Shown here piece after piece: positions 29,994-40,398 of a stretch of 64,000 bases of DNA (within the stretch, counting starts at the first letter, position 1; each line of letters starts with the position of its first letter). Source of the stretch: Patescibacteria group bacterium. GTDB lineage: Bacteria > Patescibacteriota > UBA1384 > XYA2-FULL-43-10 > 1-14-0-10-43-13. Made by a program: the position numbers and the translations under genes. The DNA lies in the NCBI GenBank assembly GCA_041671645.1, contig JBAZBD010000001.1, positions 799,234-863,233 of the forward strand, read 5' to 3'. Below the pieces are notes generated by a model. That model was not told the DNA's origin. It did no database searches and saw only the letters and a program-made list of their open reading frames with translations.

Positions 29994-31500
29994 TTTGTCC
30001 CTCCAAAATATTTGACCTCTTTGTTGATTTCGTAGTCACTCTGAAAACTTCAAGATATTTACCAAACATCAGCCGAGTCTGTGATTCCATAGCTGGGATG
30101 GAAGAAAAGAAAATGTTGGAAATCGGCATTACAAATGGGGTCAGGCACCAGTCGAGTAGAATTCGACCAAATGGTTTCCTGCCTTGTCTCTTCGGCATCA
30201 GAAGGGTAGAAATCACAAGTGTGACAATCATACCGAGCCATGCGATAGTCAGCATTTTGATATACACTCCGCGAAAGCTATATGCCAAAATGTCTCCCTG
30301 AAAGGCAGAGCCGAAAAAAACCGGAATCCAGGCTGAAGTGATCAGGACCAACGATGTCGTCGACCAGGAGATATGTGATTCCCATAATATCAAAGCGTTC
30401 GCCCACCTGTCAAAAAACGGTATTTTGTGGTTTCCTATCGTATTTTCCATCACAAAAGGGATGTCTGACACACCCCAAGCCCAACGTTTTTTCTGCAAAT
30501 ACTGCTCACGCATAGTATTCCTGAAAGTGTCAGCCAAGACTGCGTCCTGATAGATTGGAGTATACATCGGTACCACTTCGTGACAGCCGTCAAACCGATA
30601 ATAAGTTCGCCAAAACTGATGGCCGTCTTCCACAATCGTCTTGGTCGACCAGAAATCTGTTTGGACTAGTGCGGCTAGACTCTGTGCATGGGCAGAGAAA
30701 TTACGAAGCCGAGAAGGTCTTGTCGTAACAATTAATTGCCAAAAAGACGAACCCATCGCCATCAACCGATTCATCATCGGCACGTCCCAAATATTGTTGA
30801 AAAACATAGGCAACGGCTGAAAACTTTTGTGGATGGGATCGGGATCAGTGACATATTTATAAGTCAGATCGAGGAGATAATTTTTGTCCATGATATGGTC
30901 CGAATCCATCGTTGTCACGACCACATTTTCGTAAGGAATTTTCTCTTTGTCGATTTGTTCGAGTACCTTTCTGGCCGCGTAGGTGATGTTCCCACCTTTA
31001 CCGATCACTTCACCGGGAATATCCTTGGGATGCATTACGGTCATGAAAAGATGAAACTTCTTGCCGTGCTTTTCGGTTAATATTTTGGAATACTCCCCTG
31101 CCCGTTCTTTGTCGCGCTCCTCCGTCCCCAAGACATAAATAACATGATCCTGCGGGTAATTCGAAGTGAGAACGGAACGAATAGATGATTCTAGAATTTC
31201 AATATCTTCCTTGTATGTCGGAACAATCACAAGATGATATATCTCCTTCCATTTGCCGTCCGTCTGGTCTAATTTTGCTTGCCAATCAGTTTTCATGTCA
31301 CGTCGATAATTTCGATAACCCAGGATTAACCGATAAGACATCACAAATGTTCTTATCAACCAGTAAGTTAGATAAAAAATCATGTAAATAGCAAATACTT
31401 TTGGCGAGACTAGGACAACGACGAAAGGCAAAAGCAATATTGACCAAGAAATCAAACCGGGGAGTACTTCAAACAATCTTTTGTATTTCCAGGTGTTCAT
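29965..31500 (-). CDS. Membrane-embedded processive GT2 glycosyltransferase (cellulose/chitin/hyaluronan-synthase-like; D,D,D,QxxRW)
   Basis: TMDSDH (DxD), VEDGHQFW (ED), QKKRWAWG (QxxRW). TM helices at both termini. Confidence 0.6.
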   Translation of the reverse strand: MNTWKYKRLFEVLPGLISWSILLLPFVVVLVSPKVFAIYMIFYLTYWLIRTFVMSYRLILGYRNYRRDMKTDWQAKLDQTDGKWKEIYHLVIVPTYKEDIEILESSIRSVLTSNYPQDHVIYVLGTEERDKERAGEYSKILTEKHGKKFHLFMTVMHPKDIPGEVIGKGGNITYAARKVLEQIDKEKIPYENVVVTTMDSDHIMDKNYLLDLTYKYVTDPDPIHKSFQPLPMFFNNIWDVPMMNRLMAMGSSFWQLIVTTRPSRLRNFSAHAQSLAALVQTDFWSTKTIVEDGHQFWRTYYRFDGCHEVVPMYTPIYQDAVLADTFRNTMREQYLQKKRWAWGVSDIPFVMENTIGNHKIPFFDRWANALILWESHISWSTTSLVLITSAWIPVFFGSAFQGDILAYSFRGVYIKMLTIAWLGMIVTLVISTLLMPKRQGRKPFGRILLDWCLTPFVMPISNIFFSSIPAMESQTRLMFGKYLEVFRVTTKSTKRSNILEGQNEIAKEDLQ

Positions 31501-31832
31501 TGGTGAGATAGATAATAAATTTCCAAAATCATTACAAGTGCTACTGCCAAGATATTGCCGATGAAGAGGAGATAGCCAATTTCGCGTTCTCTTTTGAAGG
31601 AAGAAAAGGCCAAAACAGTGTTGAGAATCAGAATGATGAAAAGCAGTTTGATTGGGTAAACACCGATTCTGATATAGACAAAAATGTCTGGAGAGCTAAG
31701 CAAGAAATGCCAGATAAGATAATCTACAAACGACCAGATTAGGGAAATAGAAAACAAATACCGATTCACGATATCGTCAACCAGAAATTCCTTCAGGAAC
31801 GGACCAAGGGTGGTTATATATTTTTTCATATT
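31497..31832 (-). CDS. Small 4-TM membrane protein, GtrA-like (possible polyprenyl-P-sugar flippase/accessory)
   Basis: About 111 aa from MKKYITTLGPF. Hydrophobic 4-helix pattern, and positioned first in the glycosylation operon. Family assignment is tentative. Confidence 0.35.
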   Translation of the reverse strand, partial: NMKKYITTLGPFLKEFLVDDIVNRYLFSISLIWSFVDYLIWHFLLSSPDIFVYIRIGVYPIKLLFIILILNTVLAFSSFKREREIGYLLFIGNILAVALVMILEIYYLSHQ

Positions 31833-31842
31833 TTTTGTATTT

Positions 31843-31918
31843 TGGAGCCGCATTCGAGATTCGAACTCGAGACCTCCACTTTACGAAAGTGTTGCTCTAC
31901 CAGCTGAGCTAAAGCGGC
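31843..31918 (-). tRNA. tRNA-Thr (anticodon CGT)
   Basis: Reverse complement GCCGCTTTAGCTCAGCTGGTAGAGCAACACTTTCGTAAAGTGGAGGTCTCGAGTTCGAATCTCGAATGCGGCTCCA. Anticodon loop TTCGTAA. One U·U mismatch in the acceptor stem. CCA encoded. Confidence 0.75.
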
Positions 31919-31919
31919 A

Positions 31920-31993
31920 TGGAGCGGGTAGTGGGAATCGAACCCGCGACTCATCCTTGGGAAGGATACATTTTACCACTAAACTATACCCGC
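31920..31993 (-). tRNA. tRNA-Gly (anticodon CCC)
   Basis: Reverse complement GCGGGTATAGTTTAGTGGTAAAATGTATCCTTCCCAAGGATGAGTCGCGGGTTCGATTCCCACTACCCGCTCCA. Anticodon loop TTCCCAA. Only 1 nt separates it from tRNA-Thr. Confidence 0.8.
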
Positions 31994-32145
31994 ATTAATA
32001 ACGACGATATTATCTACTACTAGAAAATTTATCACTTTGGGGTTGAAAAAACAATCGCTTGCCAATATTTTGTGTAAATAGAAATTCCAAGCTTGAAGAT
32101 CACTCAGAAAAATTGTATAGTTATTGCAAATCAAGAAAGGATTTC

Positions 32146-33153
32146 ATGGAACAGAAAAAAGTTATATTGACAGGAGACAGACCGACAGGCAAACTTCACC
32201 TCGGTCATTTTGTCGGTTCACTCCAAAATCGAGTCAAATTGCAACATGAGTATGAACAATTCATACTGATAGCCGACCTCCAGGCCCTGACAGACAACTC
32301 TGAAAATCCGGAAAAAATTAGGTCAAATGTCCTCGAAGTAGCCCTAGACTACCTAGCGGTTGGAATAGACCCGGAGATTTCCACAATATGTATTCAGTCC
32401 GAACTGCCCGCACTTTCTGATTTGACAATGTACTACTTAAATCTCGTCTCGCTTGCCCGACTTCAACGCAATCCTACAGTTAAAGATGAAATGAATCAAA
32501 AAGGCTTTGGAGCTGAAGTCCCTGCCGGATTTTTGACATATCCGATCAGCCAAGCCGCCGATATATCTGCATTTAAGGCAACTTTGGTACCAGTCGGCGC
32601 TGACCAGCTCCCGATGATTGAGCAAACCAACGAGATCGTTCGCAAATTTAATCGTGTTTACAATTCCAACGCATTAGTTGAATGTGAAGCACTAGTATCC
32701 GAAACTGGTCGACTTCCTGGTATCGACGGTAGCAACAAGATGTCCAAGTCCCTTGGCAACTGCATATATCTCTCAGATTCAGCTGAGGAGATCAAACAAA
32801 AAGTCATGAATATGTACACCGACCCGGATCACATCCATGTCGAAGATCCAGGAAAAGTTGAGGGGAATACTGTATTCGCCTATCTCGACATTTTTGATGA
32901 AAACAAAGACGAGATCGCGAAATTAAAAGAAGAGTACAAAAAGGGCGGCCTTGGCGACGTAACACTTAAGAATCGTTTGAATGATATTTTGCAGGAATTG
33001 CTCAATCCAATCAGAGCAAAGCGCGAAGAATTGGCCAAAGACCCAGATGCAATTATGAAAATTTTGGAAAAAGGCTCAGAGAAAGCTCGGGCAATTACTG
33101 GCAAAACGTTAGAGGAAATTAAATCTGCGATGAAGCTGGATTATTTCGCATAA
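32146..33153 (+). CDS. trpS: Tryptophan--tRNA ligase
   Basis: HIGH-type motif TGKLHLGH and KMSKS motif present. Start chosen at MEQKKVIL, which has an AAAGGA RBS; the ORF track starts 29 codons upstream. Confidence 0.9.
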   Translation: MEQKKVILTGDRPTGKLHLGHFVGSLQNRVKLQHEYEQFILIADLQALTDNSENPEKIRSNVLEVALDYLAVGIDPEISTICIQSELPALSDLTMYYLNLVSLARLQRNPTVKDEMNQKGFGAEVPAGFLTYPISQAADISAFKATLVPVGADQLPMIEQTNEIVRKFNRVYNSNALVECEALVSETGRLPGIDGSNKMSKSLGNCIYLSDSAEEIKQKVMNMYTDPDHIHVEDPGKVEGNTVFAYLDIFDENKDEIAKLKEEYKKGGLGDVTLKNRLNDILQELLNPIRAKREELAKDPDAIMKILEKGSEKARAITGKTLEEIKSAMKLDYFA

Positions 33154-33158
33154 GATTC

Positions 33159-33184
33159 AAACGCCTCATATGTCTGAGGTGTTT
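33159..33184. terminator. Hairpin AAACGCCTCA-TATGTC-TGAGGTGTTT, trpS terminator, member of the CCTCA…TGAGG palindrome family
   Basis: 10-bp stem including one G·U pair, 6 nt after the trpS stop. Confidence 0.5.
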
Positions 33185-33240
33185 CCGATATCCACTTCAT
33201 TGATTTTTGAGTCCAAATTTGTTATAATCCATTCTATTGC

Positions 33241-33252
33241 GGGGGCGTAGTT
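33241..33252 (+). repeat. 12-nt duplicate of the tRNA-Asp 5' end (GGGGGCGTAGTT), followed by two short hairpins, 320 bp upstream of the tRNA
   Basis: Exact 12-mer identity with 33564..33575. The downstream sequence AGCCAAAGGCT / CAGCCTCTGGCTG forms hairpins. Confidence 0.5.
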
Positions 33253-33294
33253 TCAGCCAAAGGCTGATCAGCCTCTGGCTGACAGTTGGAAAAT

Positions 33295-33573
33295 ATGCAT
33301 TTTGTTTATTTCTTAAAAAGTATTACCAACGGAAAGTATTACGTCGGTCAGACAGATCGCGAACCTTCTGTACGTTTACAAGAGCATAATTCTGGCCATA
33401 ATTCATGGACAAAAAAGAATGGCCCCTTCGAACTGATTTACCACGAAAGTTATGCATGCAAAGAAGATGCTAGGAGGAGAGAAAACTTTTATAAATCTGG
33501 TATTGGCAAAAGGGTTATGAAAGCGATAATCGAGATATTTGTTAATAAGGAAAAACCAACTACGGGGGCGTAG
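33295..33573 (+). CDS. Small GIY-YIG domain protein (UPF0213/YhbQ-like nuclease family)
   Basis: Motif F-VYFLKS…NGKYYVGQT…R…EHN matches the GIY-YIG signature. About 93 aa. Its last 10 nt overlap the 5' end of tRNA-Asp. Confidence 0.6.
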   Translation: MHFVYFLKSITNGKYYVGQTDREPSVRLQEHNSGHNSWTKKNGPFELIYHESYACKEDARRRENFYKSGIGKRVMKAIIEIFVNKEKPTTGA

Positions 33574-33640
33574 TTCAGTTGGTTAGAACGCCACACTGTC
33601 ACTGTGGAGGTCGCCGGTTCGAGCCCGGTCGCTCCCGCCA
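33564..33640 (+). tRNA. tRNA-Asp (anticodon GTC)
   Basis: GGGGGCGTAGTTCAGTTGGTTAGAACGCCACACTGTCACTGTGGAGGTCGCCGGTTCGAGCCCGGTCGCTCCCGCCA. Anticodon loop CTGTCAC. CCA encoded. Confidence 0.85.
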
Positions 33641-33679
33641 TATGTTGGTTTTTCCTTAAGAATAATGTCTCTCTAGCAG

Positions 33680-33723
33680 GTCTGGGGCAGAGGCCCGCCC
33701 ATCCTCGACTGGGCTCCCGCCAT
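33680..33723 (+). repeat. Degenerate copy of the tRNA-Asp 3' half ending in GCTCCCGCCATA, about 70 bp downstream of the intact tRNA
   Basis: GAGGCCCGCCCATCCTCGACTGGGCTCCCGCCATA compared with the tRNA 3' half GAGGTCGCCGGTTCGAGCCCGGTCGCTCCCGCCATA. The terminal 12 nt are identical. Confidence 0.5.
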
Positions 33724-33825
33724 AAAAAAGGATAGCTCTTCGAGCTATTTTTTTGTTGCAGAGCCGTCAAGACTCGCACGAGATTAGCGTATTTGATATA
33801 ATCAAAAAAATAAATTGGAGTTAGA

Positions 33826-34815
33826 ATGTCTGAGCATAATCTTGGCGCGAGTAAAAGCGATACAAAATTTTCAGCATCGGATGAACAAGTTAATCCAATA
33901 CAACCTGGCGGTCCTTTGCCAGACCATATGCTATGGGAAACCAGTGTAGATCAGAATGATCCATCAATAGAATTGGGTATTACAACACCTGATGGCGATT
34001 ATTTTCCATTCGATCATGGCGAATCGCTAATTATGATCATGATGGCAGATGGCCAGAGACAACCATTTGTTAGACTGAAAAGTGGCCAGGAAGTCAGGTT
34101 TGAATCTTGGAGATTATCAAGAAGACAAGAATTTGCTGAAGTATTAGACAATGTCGACGAAGATTATAAGGCAGCATATCTCGCGGCACTGGAAGACTTC
34201 CCCCATCTTGACCAGATGCAAGTCGAATTGGCAACTTCCCAGCAATATCCAAATCTGAAGTATACTGGCGGCTTTTGGCGAAAACCTCAAAGCGACGCAG
34301 ATGCTCCAAAAATTGTTGTTATTATGGGGCAAAATGGGCTATATGAACAGCTACTAATCGATCGAGAGCTCTCGGCCAGAAAAAGTGCTGAGATAATCGG
34401 TATCGATTTCGAGGTGATGAAAGAACACCCAAATATTTTAAAACTTTTTATTTTCCTCCATGAAATCGGCCATGTTGAGGATTATATAACAAACTTTCGC
34501 AAGAAAAGTGAATTAGACGGTTCTGATCCAGTGCAGGCAAAACGAGAAAAACGCAATCGAGAAATGGTCACTTTGCCTATTCCTGGAGTAAGTCCAGATT
34601 TGGCGAGACGAATGTACGACAGCGGAGAGCTCCAAACATACTACGCAAAATATCAACAAAATTACCAAAGGATTAGAGGGTTAATGTCGGTTGAAGAATT
34701 GCTAGATGCCAACGAGATTGCTTACCATGAGCTCCCGTCAGAGAGATATGCTGATCAACGGGCAGGAGAGATATTAAGAAAACATTGGAACGTATTAATC
34801 AATCACACCAAATAG
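33826..34815 (+). CDS. Hypothetical protein (329 aa) with an HExxH motif (FLHEIGHVEDY), possible zinc-metallopeptidase-like
   Basis: ORF with an AT-rich promoter-like upstream region. Motif only, no family assignment. No TM segments. Confidence 0.45.
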   Translation: MSEHNLGASKSDTKFSASDEQVNPIQPGGPLPDHMLWETSVDQNDPSIELGITTPDGDYFPFDHGESLIMIMMADGQRQPFVRLKSGQEVRFESWRLSRRQEFAEVLDNVDEDYKAAYLAALEDFPHLDQMQVELATSQQYPNLKYTGGFWRKPQSDADAPKIVVIMGQNGLYEQLLIDRELSARKSAEIIGIDFEVMKEHPNILKLFIFLHEIGHVEDYITNFRKKSELDGSDPVQAKREKRNREMVTLPIPGVSPDLARRMYDSGELQTYYAKYQQNYQRIRGLMSVEELLDANEIAYHELPSERYADQRAGEILRKHWNVLINHTK

Positions 34816-34994
34816 TGATGTATTAATTCGAGATAAAAATGTATTCAGACCGATAGTTCTAACTTCCGCCACTATGCCCCGCCGTTAAGAATCACCAATC
34901 TTTGTAAAAATTGGTGATTCTTTATTTGCTAATACTCTTGCATTTAGGTCAAGATCGTTGTACTGTGGAGCTGATAATTAATAGAAAGGGTGTT

Positions 34995-35750
34995 ATGTCC
35001 TATTGGCTCATTCCGATCGCGATCTTGGTCTTTTCTGCCCTCAGAGTCGTTCAGCAATATGAAAAAGGTGTCGTTTTCCGCCTTGGTAAGGTCATCGGCG
35101 AGCGAGGCCCAGGTTGGCGAATTATGATTCCGATCATAGACATTATGCGCAAAGTTTCCTTGCAGATAATCACCATGCCGATTCCTTCACAGAAAATTAT
35201 CACGAAAGACAATGTTTCGATCGATGTAGCCGCTGTCGCCTACTTTCAGATCGTTGACGCGACCAAATCCTTGGTTGCAATTCAGAATGTTGTCTCAGCC
35301 GTGAATCAAATTTCCCAGACCACGATTAGAAATTTTGTTGGACAATTCACACTTGATGAAGTATTGTCCGAGACCGATAAGATAAATAAGAAGGTCAAGA
35401 ATATCATCGACACTCACACTGAGGCCTGGGGCGTTTCAGTCAAAACTGTAGAGATCAAAGATATTCAACTCCCAGACACAATGCAACGAGCGATGGCCAA
35501 ACAGGCCGAAGCTGAGAGAGAAAAGCGGGCCAAAATCATCGCAGCTGAAGGTGAATTTCAATCAGCAGATCAGCTTGGCAAGGCCGCCGATGTCATAGCT
35601 AAGCATCCAATTGCTCTGCAACTTCGCAATCTCCAGGTCTTGTCCGAAATAGCAGTGGAGAAGAATTCGACAATTGTCTTCCCATCCCAACTATTCTCAA
35701 GCGTTGATAACTTGAAAAAATTCGTGGGCGACGAGATAAGTTCTAAATAG
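34995..35750 (+). CDS. SPFH/band-7 (stomatin/prohibitin-like) membrane protein
   Basis: N-terminal TM helix, then the SPFH core (…[13 protein letters not shown]…[20 protein letters not shown]…) and a coiled-coil [17 protein letters not shown]. Start taken at MSYWLIP, with a GAAAGGG RBS. Confidence 0.75.
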   Translation: MSYWLIPIAILVFSALRVVQQYEKGVVFRLGKVIGERGPGWRIMIPIIDIMRKVSLQIITMPIPSQKIITKDNVSIDVAAVAYFQIVDATKSLVAIQNVVSAVNQISQTTIRNFVGQFTLDEVLSETDKINKKVKNIIDTHTEAWGVSVKTVEIKDIQLPDTMQRAMAKQAEAEREKRAKIIAAEGEFQSADQLGKAADVIAKHPIALQLRNLQVLSEIAVEKNSTIVFPSQLFSSVDNLKKFVGDEISSK

Positions 35751-35774
35751 TTCATACAATTTCATACATAGAAA

Positions 35775-35805
35775 ATTGCCCCGCCACACTGGGGCAATTT
35801 TTTTG
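35775..35805 (+). terminator. Rho-independent terminator (ATTGCCCC-gccacact-GGGGCAAT followed by TTTTTTG)
   Basis: 8-bp GC stem followed by a T-run, after the SPFH gene. Confidence 0.7.
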
Positions 35806-35807
35806 TC

Positions 35808-35837
35808 TTGAAATTTATAGTAAGAAATTGGTAAGAT
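35808..35837 (+). promoter_or_regulatory. Candidate sigma70-type promoter (TTGAAA, 18-nt spacer, TAAGAT) for the eno-gpmI operon
   Basis: Hexamers read directly from the sequence, about 35 nt upstream of the eno start. Confidence 0.35.
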
Positions 35838-35870
35838 GAGTGAGCATTATTATTTATTGGAAGGCATTGA

Positions 35871-37157
<1,287 letters not shown>

Positions 37158-37171
37158 TCGAATCTAATATT

Positions 37172-38689
37172 ATGAAACAGAGCGACAGAAAAGTTGCGCT
37201 GATTATTTTGGATGGCTGGGGATATAGTCCAGACACAGAGCACAATCCGATCAGTATCGCCGAGACTCCATGTTTTGATCGTTTGTGGGGAAAATGTCCT
37301 CATGCTTTTCTGGAAGCTAGCGGCGAGGCAGTCGGTCTGCCCGCTGGGCAAATGGGTAATAGCGAGGTTGGCCATACCGTAATTGGAGCTGGCAAAATAG
37401 TCTACACTGATCTGGCAAAAATTTCTAAGGCCGCAAGAGAAAAAGAACTTTCAACAAATTCAGCTTTGATTGCACTCTTTGACCACGTGAAAGAATACGA
37501 CTCGGTACTCCATGTTGCAGGACTGATTGGTCCTGGCGGAGTCCACAGCCATTCGGAGCACCTCTACGCTTTCCTCCGAGCCGCCGACAGAGCCGGGATT
37601 AAGAAGATAGCCATCCACGCCTTCATGGACGGCCGCGATACTCCTCCCCAAAGCGGACGACAATACTTGAAGGAACTAGAAGAAGTAGTCGACGAGATTG
37701 GAATTGGTTTTATTGCCACAGCTTCAGGAAGGTTTTACGCTATGGACCGAGACAACAACTGGGATCGGCTCCAAATGGTGGAGAATATGATATTTGATGG
37801 CAAGAGCGGTCGGCGCGAAAGTCGAAAACCGTCAGAAGTAATTGCTGAGCTATACGAACATGGTATTATAGACGAACATATTGAACCAACAATGTTCTTG
37901 GATGATTCTGGGATAAGTTACCAAATCGGCAAGAATGATGGCGTATTTTTGTTTAATTTCAGAAAAGATCGGGCCAAGATGATGACGAGCAAAATCATCG
38001 AAAGAGGCAGGGGCAATAACAACTTTTTGGTTACTATGACAGAATATGATAAAAGCTTCCCCTGTCTACATGCGTTTACCGAAGAAATCATCGAAACTAC
38101 CGTTGCCAAGGAGATCTCGAGAGCAGGGATGAGACAGGCTCATATCGCAGAAACCGAGAAATTCGCCCATTGCACATATTACTTGAATGGCGGGAAGAAG
38201 GAGCCATATCCCGGAGAAGAACATATCCTTGTCGAGAGTCGAAAGGACATCAAGACTCACGACCAGGCCCCAGAAATGAAAGCAGAGGAAATAACGGAAA
38301 AAGCTATCGAGCAGATAGAGATTGACACAAATTTCATCTTCATAAACTACGCAAACCCAGATATGATCGGTCACACCGGCAATAGAAGTGCGGCCGTTAA
38401 GGCCATCGAATCCCTCGATTGCCAATTGGGAAGGCTCGTTCAAAGAGCCGAAAAATCAGGTTACAATATTCTAATTACCGCTGACCATGGAAATGCTGAG
38501 GTTATCTTCGACGCCGTCACGAAGCAACCTCATACGGCTCATACCACAAACAAAGTCCCCATCATCTATTCGGGTGGAGAGGGGCACACACTTTCGGACG
38601 GGAATCTAAGTGATATCGCGCCCACAGTGCTATCCTTGCTGAAGATACCAATCCCCGAAAGCATGACTGGCAAAATATTGCTTAAATAA
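37172..38689 (+). CDS. gpmI: 2,3-bisphosphoglycerate-independent phosphoglycerate mutase
   Basis: N-terminus KVALIILDGWGYS, and the metalloenzyme phosphotransferase domain (ADHGNAE). Confidence 0.9.
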   Translation: MKQSDRKVALIILDGWGYSPDTEHNPISIAETPCFDRLWGKCPHAFLEASGEAVGLPAGQMGNSEVGHTVIGAGKIVYTDLAKISKAAREKELSTNSALIALFDHVKEYDSVLHVAGLIGPGGVHSHSEHLYAFLRAADRAGIKKIAIHAFMDGRDTPPQSGRQYLKELEEVVDEIGIGFIATASGRFYAMDRDNNWDRLQMVENMIFDGKSGRRESRKPSEVIAELYEHGIIDEHIEPTMFLDDSGISYQIGKNDGVFLFNFRKDRAKMMTSKIIERGRGNNNFLVTMTEYDKSFPCLHAFTEEIIETTVAKEISRAGMRQAHIAETEKFAHCTYYLNGGKKEPYPGEEHILVESRKDIKTHDQAPEMKAEEITEKAIEQIEIDTNFIFINYANPDMIGHTGNRSAAVKAIESLDCQLGRLVQRAEKSGYNILITADHGNAEVIFDAVTKQPHTAHTTNKVPIIYSGGEGHTLSDGNLSDIAPTVLSLLKIPIPESMTGKILLK

Positions 38690-38691
38690 CG

Positions 38692-38720
38692 AAAAATCGA
38701 CCCTGAATGGTCGATTTTTC
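38692..38720. terminator. Bidirectional terminator hairpin (AAATCGACC-ctgaat-GGTCGATTT) between the convergent gpmI and PPIase genes
   Basis: 9-bp stem with an A-run on one side and a T-run on the other. Confidence 0.7.
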
Positions 38721-38739
38721 TAGTGTAGGATATTTGTGT

Positions 38740-39645
38740 CTATTTTATATCATACATTTTCAAAATAAAACTTTTGTCCTTGAGCTCAGAAATCCAATCA
38801 GCAAATTTTTTCTGTAAAATCCCACCCCTGCTTTCTACTTTGATAATGTGCCAGCCGTAGATAGTCTTGACCGGTTCAGACACTTCTCCAACTTTTGTGC
38901 CGAAGGCGACGTCGGAGAATTCCTGAACCATCTCACCGTCTGCAAATGGCTCAAGTTTGCCCCCGTTTGGAGCGCTACTTGAGTCTTCTGAGTATTTCTT
39001 GGCCGCTTCTGCGAAATCAAGTCCGCCGCTAATTTCTGCTTTTATGGAATCTGCCTTGACTTTGGCTTTTGCGATATCGTCAGCAGAGGCGTTTTCAGCC
39101 ACTCTGATCAAGATATGGTCAACCGTAACCTTTGCGATAACTTTCTCATTTAGTTTGTCTCTCATAATCTGGATTCTGACTAATTGCCTAAACCTTTTCA
39201 GATTTATTCCGTACATTTCGTTCAGTATTTTTTCAACTTTGTCCTGGCCACCATTTTGCTGAACAATACCGTCGATAACTTGGTCTTCGTCCTGCTTGGT
39301 AACTTTGACTTTGTATTTGACAGCCTGGATCTGGATAATTTTATTTTCGATTAATTGGTCTACAATTTGCTGATCAATTTCCTTGAAATCTACTGAGGTC
39401 TCCATCTGAGTTGCCTCATAGAAATGATGGATATAATCAGACTCCGCCGTGTACGAGTCGTAAGTGATGAACTGATAATTCACGACCGCAATTGGATAAG
39501 GAATAAAACTAGTTGCGAATTTTACATTTTTCGACTGCGATTTGAATCCGTAGATCATAACTCCTGTCACAACAACGTAAGCGACAAATATGACAATAAA
39601 TATCCCGACAATCACCGATGTTTTCTTGTAGAGCGGGCTGGCCAT
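38740..39645 (-). CDS. Membrane-anchored PpiC/parvulin-type peptidyl-prolyl isomerase (PrsA/SurA-like foldase)
   Basis: N-terminal TM helix, and a parvulin domain (…DFAEAAKKYSEDSSSAPNGGKLEPF…GWHIIKVE…). Start taken at MASPLYKK, preceded by an AAGGAG RBS; the ORF track starts 46 codons earlier. Confidence 0.65.
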   Translation of the reverse strand: MASPLYKKTSVIVGIFIVIFVAYVVVTGVMIYGFKSQSKNVKFATSFIPYPIAVVNYQFITYDSYTAESDYIHHFYEATQMETSVDFKEIDQQIVDQLIENKIIQIQAVKYKVKVTKQDEDQVIDGIVQQNGGQDKVEKILNEMYGINLKRFRQLVRIQIMRDKLNEKVIAKVTVDHILIRVAENASADDIAKAKVKADSIKAEISGGLDFAEAAKKYSEDSSSAPNGGKLEPFADGEMVQEFSDVAFGTKVGEVSEPVKTIYGWHIIKVESRGGILQKKFADWISELKDKSFILKMYDIK

Positions 39646-39828
39646 AAACTCCTTGCATTTGATCGCTCGGATTTTCGTCCAGCATGCAGAACAAAAACTA
39701 GAAACTGGTTTTGGTATTTTAATCTTATCAACCCAAATAAATAACTTTTTCAATCTCTTAAATACGTCCTTATCAATCTTCATATAGCTTCCTTTTAATG
39801 TGAGTTTATTATAGTTTCTTTGTCTTCT

Positions 39829-40398
39829 CTACACAAGCCCACCCCAGCTGGAGGTCAAGAAGACTATCGTGATGGCTAGCACAGTAATCGTCGCGTAAGT
39901 AAAAAACTTGTTGTCTGTATGCTTAGCCAGAACAGTATAGCAAAATCCGACGAAAAGATAAGAAACCGCTGCGATTATCAATCCCTGGCTAGTTGGATCG
40001 ACCAAAAAATAACTCAATATCAGGAAAACCTCGAGGATAATCAGAGAAAAAAGTACAAGATAAATCAACCGCTTGTCTCCGAGAATACCGATCTTTTGCT
40101 CGACATATGTGAATAAGTATGAAAATATGATCAGTGTTCCGATCATCGCGAACCAAAGGGGCAGGGACATTTGATATAAGACAGAATATAGGGCATGGCC
40201 AGATGTAAATGAAAGCAAGATTAGCGTAAATATTGGTGAAAGTTCCCGCCATATGACAAAAAGACCAAAAACAGAAATCCCGATCATCGTATACAAAAGA
40301 AAATCGCTAGACACATTTTGGGCATAGGTGAAAACACCCCAGGCCAAAATGGCTGTGAGCATAGATTTTCTAGTAAATTGACTCTTCAGAAAAGCCAT
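39829..40398 (-). CDS. Hypothetical polytopic membrane protein (189 aa, about 6 TM)
   Basis: Hydrophobic profile only. Its start overlaps the stop of the LCP gene (ATGA). Confidence 0.45.
   Translation of the reverse strand: MAFLKSQFTRKSMLTAILAWGVFTYAQNVSSDFLLYTMIGISVFGLFVIWRELSPIFTLILLSFTSGHALYSVLYQMSLPLWFAMIGTLIIFSYLFTYVEQKIGILGDKRLIYLVLFSLIILEVFLILSYFLVDPTSQGLIIAAVSYLFVGFCYTVLAKHTDNKFFTYATITVLAITIVFLTSSWGGLV

Noticed and set aside
31810-31998. 62-aa plus-strand ORF
   Set aside because: It lies entirely over the tRNA-Thr and tRNA-Gly genes on the opposite strand.
32000-32145. T-box leader upstream of trpS
   Set aside because: No T-box conserved sequence (AATTAGGGTGGNACCGCG-like) or specifier/antiterminator arrangement is recognisable in the 145-nt leader.
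33489-33779. 96-aa minus-strand ORF
   Set aside because: It overlaps tRNA-Asp and the GIY-YIG gene in antisense. The region is better explained by the tRNA and its fragment repeats.
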